The notes beneath the pieces were generated by a model that was not told the DNA's origin, did no database searches, and worked only from the letters and a program-made list of their open reading frames with translations. A DNA stretch of 64,000 nucleotides from Antechinus flavipes (Eukaryota). The stretch is from positions 1,674,001 to 1,738,000 of the forward strand of contig NC_067399.1 in assembly GCF_016432865.1 (NCBI RefSeq), in the 5' to 3' direction. Positions 55,825 through 64,000 of the stretch are shown piece after piece (the stretch's first letter is position 1; every line of letters starts with the position of its first letter). The position numbers were made by a program, and so were the translations under genes.

Positions 55825-56760
55825 TACAACAGAGGCCCTACAAATACCCCCGACAGAGGCTCCCTACAATCCCCCCACAACAGAGACCCCCTGCAAATAC
55901 CCCCCACAGAGGCTCCCTACAATCCCCCCACAACAGAGACCCCCTGCAAATACCCCCCACAGAGGCTCCTACAATCCCCCCACAACAGAGACCCCCTGCA
56001 AATACCCCCCACAGAGGCTCCCTACAATCCCCCACAGAAACCCCCTACAACAGAGACCCCCTGCAAATACCCCCCACAGAAACCCCCTACAACAGAGGCC
56101 CTACAAATACCCCTGACAGAGGCTCCCTACAATCCCCCCACAGAAACCCCCTACAACAGAGACCCCCTGCAAATACCCCCCACAGAGGCTCCTACAATCC
56201 CCCACAGAAACCCCCTACAACAGAGACCCCCTGCAAATACCCCCAACAGAGGCTCGCTACAATCCCCCCACAGACACCTACAACAGAGGCTCCCCACAGA
56301 TACTCTCTATGATGCCCCTATGATGCCTCTATAACAGAGGTTCTCTACAAATACCCCCAACAGAGGCTCCCTACAATCCCCCACAGAAACCCCCTACAAC
56401 AGAGGCCATGCAAATACCCCCCACAGAAGTTCCCTGCAATCCCCCCACAGAAACCCCCTACAACAGAGGCTCCCCACAGATACTCTCTATGATGCCCCTA
56501 AAGATACCCTCTATAACAGAGGTTCTCTACAAATACCCCCAACAGAGGCTCCTGACAACAGTCCCCCACACAGATAACCCCTACAGAGGCTTCCTGTAGC
56601 AGAGCCCCCTACAGTCCCCCCATATATATACCCGACAATCCCCCCCCATAGATGCCCCCTGCCATAGAGGTTCTCTACAAATACCTCCTACAGAGGCTCC
56701 CTACAAATACTCCCTATAACAGAGCCCCCCCCACACACACACAGATGCCCCCTCCAGAGA
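55825..56760 (+). repeat. A/C-rich degenerate minisatellite, about 53-bp unit built from two subunits (acagaggctccctacaatcccccc, acagagaccccctgcaaataccccc)
   Basis: Read directly. Confidence 0.9.
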
Positions 56761-59700
56761 CTCAGAGCTCAGGCGGCTTGCTGAGGATGCTCGTAAGGGG
56801 CTGGGGCCGCAGTTGAGATCCCGAGCCCAACCCAGGCCCACCTGAGTTGAGGCAGAGCAGACATCCCCAAGCTAGGTCAGGGCCTTCCAAAGCTCAGGAT
56901 GCCAGAGGGAATAGGCGTCCCAGTGTCCGTGAAGGACAGTTATGTGGTGACCTGGGCACGAGACAATCCCTTGGGCTACTGGGATGACCCAGAGTGGTCG
57001 GGATCCAGAGGCTGTTGGAGTGTTTCAGGAGAGAGATTGGGGGGGTCTTCTTCCCTTTCTTGAATAGCCCAGTTGTCCCCATTATCTAGTCACACTTCCT
57101 GAGAGCAGGGACTCCCCTGTGGCTCCCGTGTTTATGTTTCTAGTTTCACTGAGAAGTCCCACCAGCGGGTCCGCAGGGGTGCCCGGCACTTCCCTTCAGC
57201 CTGAACCCCCAGTTCCCCATGGTTCAAAATCCCGGCCCTTCTCTCAGCCCTCAGCCTCCCCTCTGTGCCGAGGCTTGGCGTCCTGCTTTCCGGCGTCTCC
57301 CATCTGATCCCTGTCTCCCACAGTGATCGTAGGGCTGGGCAGTGGCAGGTGCTCATGGGATCGCTGTTTGTAATGGGTTTTTAAAGCGCCTTCATGAACC
57401 CCAGGGGAAGGGCCCCTGGGCCTGCCCACCCCACGGTGCCACGATGTGATGCCCCCCAAGGCGAGTGTCTCCTTCCTGTGGCCTCGGCCTTGGGGACACA
57501 GTCGCCCTCCCATTCCCATGGGGAAGACGCGTGATACTTGACAGAATATCGCCTCTCTTTACCAGGACGCGTCCAGTAGCTGCGTCCGGCTCACGGCTTC
57601 CCGCCCCAACTGCTTCTGGCAGGCCGGGGGCACCTCTGCCCGCAGTTCATTTCGGTTCCCAGTGACTGAGTTGGGGAACGGGTGCGCGTCTATGTTCCTG
57701 CATTCTGTCTTGAATGAAAGGAGGCGTGTGCACGGCCGCAAGGAGCCTTTCTGCTTCTCGCTTGGGACTGTCTTTTGCATGCTTCCCTCCGCCGGGGGTC
57801 ACAGGCCGGTAGCGGGCCCTGAGTTCCTCCTCTCCTGTTTCCGCTCGGGCAGGGCCGGGCCAGCTGCTCGCGTGTCAGAAAGGCGAGGTGGCCAGCGCCC
57901 CCCTCGGCATTGGCCCGTTGCGCGCCAGCGGGATTAACTTTCTCCCCCATCCGTCGCCATTGACGTTCCTGTAGTGAGAATCTCGGCCTCTGGGAGCCGG
58001 TTTGGTCTGGGGCTCACACACCCAAATTTAGAAAATCTCCATAGGGAGGCCTTTGTGACTTGGTGCCCCTTGCCCAGTCCCTGTGGAAGAAGAAGGTTCT
58101 TCCAGGCCCAAGGACCAGCTCTTGGTTCGCTCTAGTTCCTGGGGCCAGGGCTGCGTGGGCCTCTCCAAAGGGAGTCAGTTGGGTTCTCTGCCCGCCTGTT
58201 CCGGGGTCGCCAGCGCCATCCTTTCCAGTGGGGACTCGTGGGTTTCTGGCATGGTTTTTGAGAGCCCAACTTGAGCCCCCAAGTGGGAGTGTTGTGGAGG
58301 GAGTTTTTCTTGAGGGTCATCGGAGCATAGATAGATGTGGCCGCCCTTTGTCCCCGTTTCTGCCCCGTGACGGGCCCCCTACCTTCATCTGTTGAGTGAA
58401 AGGACGGGCTCCTTCTCGCTCACGTGAGACTAGAGAACCCTGCATGTGCCTCCTCTGTGTGGGGCCTCTCTCGACCCTTTCTGTCAGAACCTTGCCAGCC
58501 CAATTCCAGATTAGGGTTCTTGGGTGGCCCAGAAAACCGGCTGTGTGAGGTTCTGATGGAAGAGAGGCTGTTCCCCCCGGCCGCGCTTTCCCACTGTGCT
58601 GGGATTTGAAAAGGGAGGAGGACCTTGATTCTCCTTTAGCTGTCTCCTTTTCTCTTCGCTGGGTCGGCCTGGTGCTAGTGGAAGCTGCAGCAAAGGATTG
58701 CAGTGCTCCCTTTTCCCAGGTCGCGTTGGTTGCCCTTTGAGGTTGGCTCACACTGGGCATCCAGGGGCTGTTTGTGGCCCCCCCGGGTTGTCCTGTGCCC
58801 AGCGCGGCATTTGGGTCTGAGGAAGGGGGGCTTCTGGGTGGAGGGGCCCGGGACTCGGACAGGTCATGCTTTTCTATTCTTTGGGGGCAGAGCGAGCCGG
58901 GCTCTCGGGAAGCATGCATCCGGAGAGAGTGGGGGGTTCTTCCCGGGCAGCTTAAAGGCCCCCGGAGTCAGCGCATTGTAGGTGCTTTGAGTGACTGGGT
59001 TCCTCCTTCCGAGAGCGTGCCTTCCTTCCCTGAGGCCTGACTACAACCCTTACATCAGCTTGAGAAGGGAGAGGAGATCTGCCTCGAAGGTCCGTTCTGG
59101 CTCCGACGTGTGTTTCAAGGTCGCTGCAGGCTCACGCAGAGGGCACTTATTTGGGAGGCACCTGCTGGGGGCAGAAGGAAGGCACGGGCCCGAGTGCCAG
59201 CAGCAGAGACAGAACTGAGAAAGGGCCCGGGCCTGCCCTCCCCCACCCGTGCCCAGTGCCCGGGGTCAGGCCGGCTGGCATGAGGGCCCCCAGCGGGGCT
59301 GGGGCGCAGTGGGCCGGTGAGCTCAGCGGGCCGTGTCCTCCCCAAGTTTGTTGCGGTCTCTCCTTGTTGTCAGCACCGGAAGCAGACTTGCAAGGTCGGT
59401 GGATCTGGGCCCCCGCTTGGGGCTTGTGGGCTGCAAGTCAGACTGCCGGAAAGACTGAGGAAGCTGGTCAGAGCAGAAGTGAGGGGGGGGGGCGCCCTGG
59501 GCTGGGGGGGGGGCCTAGGGAGTGGCAGAAGCGCCAGCTGCCGACTCCATTGCTCAGAGGAAATGATCACGTGGGGTTGGTCGGTCTTGCCATTATTTCT
59601 CCCGGTCTTTCTGTGGCCCAAATGTGTCCATTTGAGCCTGGGGGCGGGGGGGGTGGGGGTGGGGTGGAGCCTCCCCTCTGTCCCTTGGAGGGAGCTGGCT

Positions 59701-60669
59701 GGCCCGAAGCCCCCAGAGGAACAGCACGTTCTGAGCCTGGGGGGAGAGATGCGATTGAGTGACAGGGGGGCACTGGGTGGCCGCCATAGCCTCTGGTGCA
59801 GGGGCATCGGCCCGGGCAGTCACCGCAGCAGGCACTTGGCGTCAGGGCTGAGCGTGGACATTCCTCCCTCCTCGTGCCCGGCTCCCGGCCCCCCTGCCTT
59901 TCTTGGGGTGGACTGGGGGAGCGCGCCGGCTTTTGTTGTCAGAGGAGAGATGTGGTCAAGACCAAAGGGACAGCTCGCTGCAGTGGGTGGGGAGCCAGCC
60001 AAGAAAGGGCTCTGGGCAGGCCGCTGACGAGCTTGGCTGGGGAAGGGCCTCTTCGGGAGTCACAGACCCTGCTCCCATCCCCCGGGGAGCAGGGGGCGGG
60101 GGGAGCGCCCTGTGAGTCAGGGCCATGGCGCAGCCCCGTTCCCGGAGGCAGGGGTGAATCACGTTCCGGCCTTTGTGGCAGCAGGAAGGAAGCCCGCCCT
60201 GCTCTCAGGGCCATGGCAGGAAGGCCGGCTCTGCCCGGACCCTCCTCGGGGGGGCTCTCCCACCCGGGGAGGCTCTGTGCCAGGCAGGTGCTGGCGAGCT
60301 TACCAAGAACGGGGCTCGCCGCTCCTCAGGCCTGGAGCAGAGAAGGGGGAGAACTGGGAACTCTCAGCCGGAGGGTCTGGGCCCGGGCCGGAGTTCGGAG
60401 GAACGGCTCCGGTCCAGACTGGATCCCGGAAGTGACTGGAAGCCAGCGGAGTCCCGCGGTGGGGGAAGGGATGTCCCACGGGACCAGGCGGGAGGGTACT
60501 GGGGCCTCACAGAAGCAGAGTTTGCTTAGCTGGGCAAATGTTCCCCTTCGCTCGGGGTCCTCGTCCGCAAGCTGGGGCAGTGACGGCCCCGCCAGATGAA
60601 CCCGCGAGTCCTCGGCGCGCCGCCTGGCACGGGGCTGCCGCTGGGCCAAGACTCCATTCCTCTCTTCGG

Positions 60670-60750
60670 CTCGTTTTCCAGATGAGGAAACCGAGGAAAA
60701 CGCAGTTTAGGGACTTGCCCAGGGTGACACTAATAAGTATCTGAGGCCAG
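60670..60750 (-). mobile_element. MIR/MAR1-type SINE fragment
   Basis: ttccagatgaggaaaccgagg...gggacttgcccagggtgacactaataagtatctgaggccaga. Confidence 0.7.
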
Positions 60751-63324
60751 ACTGGAGGGAGGGAGGGAGCTGCTTGTGCACACGGCGGTCTGGGCCCCCT
60801 CCCTGGGAGCGAGGGAGGGGCGCAAGGTGAGAGGAAGCAGTGAGGGGGAGGCTGGGGGAGGCACCACAGGCCTGCATCCACTTGGAGCAGCAGCCCATGA
60901 GTTGGGAGGGAGGCCGGGCTGGGGCCTAGCAGGGGTCTTTGGGATAAGTGGGAGGGGGCTCAAGAAGGTGCTGAAGGGTCTGGATGCGGAAGGGGGGCAA
61001 GCGGGGAGGGATCGGGCAGAGTGGAGGGTGGGCGAGGCAGTCTGCCAGTCCCTGGGAACCGTCTCACTTCCACTGGCAGAAAGGAAACGGCCCCCACACC
61101 CAGAGCTAACTTTGCTTCTGTCTGGGGGTAACGTGCAGATCAAGAAGCGCCTAATGGTGGGTGTTCTGGGAGGGGGAGGCAGGAATCGGGGAGCTGTCTG
61201 TCCGAGCTGGTGCCGGAGCCCGGGGGTGCAGGAGGGAGGCTCCCAGGAGCTGCCCCGAGCAGGCACGGGGCAGATGGAGCCGGACCATGGCGTGGGGGAA
61301 GGGCCCGGACCGAGGTTTGCTGGCCCTGTCCTCCAGACTGGCACTGCCCAGCGCGGTGGCCTCCTGGGGCCCGGCACCGTCTGCCTTTCCAACCCGCTTA
61401 GCCACCTGACTGCAGACCGGCCGGGCAACGTCGGGGGAGGCAGGGCCCGACCCTCCGGCCGCGCCAGCTCGCTGCTTTTGGACTACCTGGCTCTGTGGGC
61501 CAGCGTCCCCCACGGCCCTTGCACTGTTTCAGATTCTGGGCCTCCTTTCTGCTCCCAGGGTTCAGCCCCCTCCTCGTCAAGGCAACTTGCATTTCCATCT
61601 GGGTTGTGCGTGTTTCCCTGATGGAACATAAGCTTCTGGTGGGCAGCCAGGTTCCCATAGTGCACCGGGCCATTTGGCTTAGGGAGGAGAGAGCTGCTCC
61701 CTGCCAGGAACGCCTGCTGGCCTGGCACTGCCCGAGAGGGGGGAGGGGCTGCTGCCCCCATTTTGCCTTGGATCAGGAAGGTAGAGGAGTGTTCCCGTTA
61801 CGCAGCGTAATGAAGGGGGCAGGAGTCGAGGGCTGCCAGCCTTGGGCCCCAGGTTAGCCAGGGTCAGCCCCAGGGGCCTCCAGTATTTCAGGCCAAGCTT
61901 TCCGTCAGTGTCATGCGCTCCTCTCCTCGGCTGGGCTTCTGGTTGCCTTTTGTTTTTACTGATTGCCTTCTTCTGAATCTATGGCCTGCCCCTCCCTGCC
62001 CAGATCCCCCTCCCTGCCCAGATCTCTTTCTAAAAGAAAGAAAACATCAGGAAAGGAGCCGGGTGGCCCCCAGGACAGCCACGCATGGTCCTCCGCCCCT
62101 TCCCGCCCCCTTCCAGGGCCACGTCCTCCACCCCTGGGGGCCAGGCTTCTCGGTCAGGGTCATCGTTCCTCCGCGCCGTGTTTCCCTGCTCTCCTTATTG
62201 CAGAGACCGCGGTGGAGAAGCGGGGAGTGAATGGCAGGGAGCCTTGGTACTAGAAAGCCGGGATTCCCCTCCTGCCCCGGGGGGCCCCGGCCCGGGCAGA
62301 AACCCCCCGACCCTCAGAATCAGGACCCGAGCCAGAGGCGGAGGAAGCGGGCCCAGGGCCTTGTGAGACGTCTGGGAAGCTCTGTGACTCTCGCCCGGGG
62401 GCCGGCGGGAAGCGTCTGCCTCCGAGGGGAGGGGGCAAGGGACAACTCTTCTTGATCCACAGCAGAAACCCCGCGGAGCCCTGGGTGCCCCCGCCCCGTC
62501 ACCCCGTCACCTTCCTGGTCCTGGGCAGCACCTTGGCCAGCCGTGGCTGTGCTGGGGGTCCCAGGCAGCACAAGTGAGGTCCACCTTATTGTCCCAGTGT
62601 AAAGGGGGAGCAGTGGTACCTTTCCAGCGCGCAGTTGAGCAACACGGACATGTCACTGCCCTCTGGGAGGGCAGCCCGATGGCGTGGTGACTCAGAACTG
62701 ACCCCCACCCCAGAATTCTCCTGGGCCCCCTGCATTCTGGCCTAAGAGAAACACAGCTTTCCCTCTGTCCTTAGGAGCCCTTCCCTGTGCTGCTGTTTTG
62801 TTTTTTCCACATTTCACCTTAAACCTGACTTATTAAAGGGCTTGGGCTGGCCCAGGACCCTCCCCCCCAAGCATCAGCAGGCCTGCCCCAGAGACCAAAA
62901 GGAGGCGCCCCTGGCCTCGGGCTTCCCACCGGAGCCTGTACGAGTATGAGGAGGATCCCCTGGAAGGGGAAGCTTTAGCCGAGGGTTCTGAAACACCCCC
63001 TGTCTTCCCAGGGAGCACACAGGCCTTTCCTTCTCGCCTTTTCTCCTCTGGGAAAGAGATCAGACTTGGGGTCTGCACTCGCTTACTCCCGGTGCCAACT
63101 TCAGCACCTGCCCCCCGGCCGCCATCTTCGGACCCAGCCCTCCCCCGCCCTCAGCACCCTTCGCAGGGTTGCCACAGGGCCCCCGTGTCTATAAGTGACC
63201 CCGAAGATTTCAGCCCACAAAAGATGGTTCTGCTACAAAGGCTCGTCCCTGAGGTGCCCCCAGTCTGAGGAGGCCTTGAGGGCCCTCTTCCTTCGTGAGT
63301 GTTTGCCCATGGTAAGGCCTTCAG

Positions 63325-63530
63325 GATCCATTTTTTAACATTTGTTTTCCCGATTACATCTTAAAACACTTTTTTTGGTTTGAGTTCCACGTTTTCTCTC
63401 TCCCTCCTCTTCCTCTCCCTGAGGCGGGACCAGCAGTTATCCGTGTGCGGTCATGCACAGCACTTGCATGTTAGCCATTCCACACAGGAACATTCAAATG
63501 AGAAACAGAGAAATGGGCGCTCCAAGCCAG
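63325..63530 (-). mobile_element. Decayed marsupial-type L1 3' UTR fragment
   Basis: ttttttaacatttg...tttgagttccacgttttctctctccctcctc...gtcatgcacagcacttgcatgttagccatt resembles recalled marsupial L1 3' ends. Confidence 0.5.
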
Positions 63531-64000
63531 CCCCGAGTGCGAATCTTCCTTTTGATTCCCTGGGGGCGCTAGTCTAATGTCTGCCCTGGTTACTTCTTGG
63601 AAGATGAGGGAAACACTTGCCTCAGCTGCCCAGGGAGAGTGAGAGGACGTGGGGGGTCCCCAGATGCCACAGCAAGGGGCACTTTTCTCTGACTCTTAAG
63701 AAGGGCTGGGCCGAGGGGGCCACTCTGGCTCTTTCTCCTTCCCCTCCTCCCCGCGGTTACTGCTTTCAGTACCTCGGAGAGCGCTTTCCTCCCTGCTGGG
63801 GGGGCCCATGGCCCACTGTGTGCTTCATCCTTGTTACCAGCGGACCAGTTGTCCAGTCCCACTTCTGGATTGTCGGCTTTTGGGTGGGTCTGTTCGTTTT
63901 TACCTCCAGCTGGTGGGGTCAGTGGTCAGATCTTTCTAGGCAAGGGGCCTTCTGGCCAAACTTGGGGCCGTCCCCTGCTGACTGATTTCACAGCTGTTGT

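Noticed and set aside
11331-56760. Tandem arrays as possible CRISPR arrays
   Set aside because: Units are head-to-tail with no unique spacers, there are no cas genes, and the DNA is eukaryotic with spliceosomal introns.
54200-64000. Numerous 60-280-aa ORFs downstream of the 53.6-kb island
   Set aside because: No recognisable domains, inconsistent strands, interspersed SINE/LINE relics; most likely a long first intron.

Overview
This is a very GC-rich vertebrate genomic window, most likely marsupial, judging from marsupial-type L2, MIR/MAR1 and L1 relics recognised from memory. It has three N gaps (3176-3715, 8789-9064, 47833-48153). It holds the conserved EVA1A (-), MRPL19 (+), GCFC2 (-) cluster. 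I traced all three by hand, with GT-AG introns and consistent reading phase: EVA1A 2 coding exons (about 158 aa), MRPL19 6 exons (273 aa in 1.3 kb) and GCFC2 17 exons (723 aa). A fourth gene appears to start at a CpG island near 53.6 kb, but I see no coding exon for it. The first 8.7 kb has gene-like signals (splice sites, ORFs, polyA hexamers) that I cannot assign to a known gene. I found no evidence of a wholly new multi-gene system. The most notable observations are: (1) MRPL19 and GCFC2 share a bidirectional polyA dyad that looks like a fossil L2 tail; (2) two separate L2 copies have grown related minisatellites at the same internal site; (3) there is a sharp GC3 drop inside GCFC2; (4) G-rich minisatellites start right after 5' splice sites; (5) the orphan gene-like region at 0.6-8.7 kb. 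Most long ORFs in the six-frame track are artefacts of GC content or tandem repeats. Protein identifications rest on recalled human sequences, not database searches.
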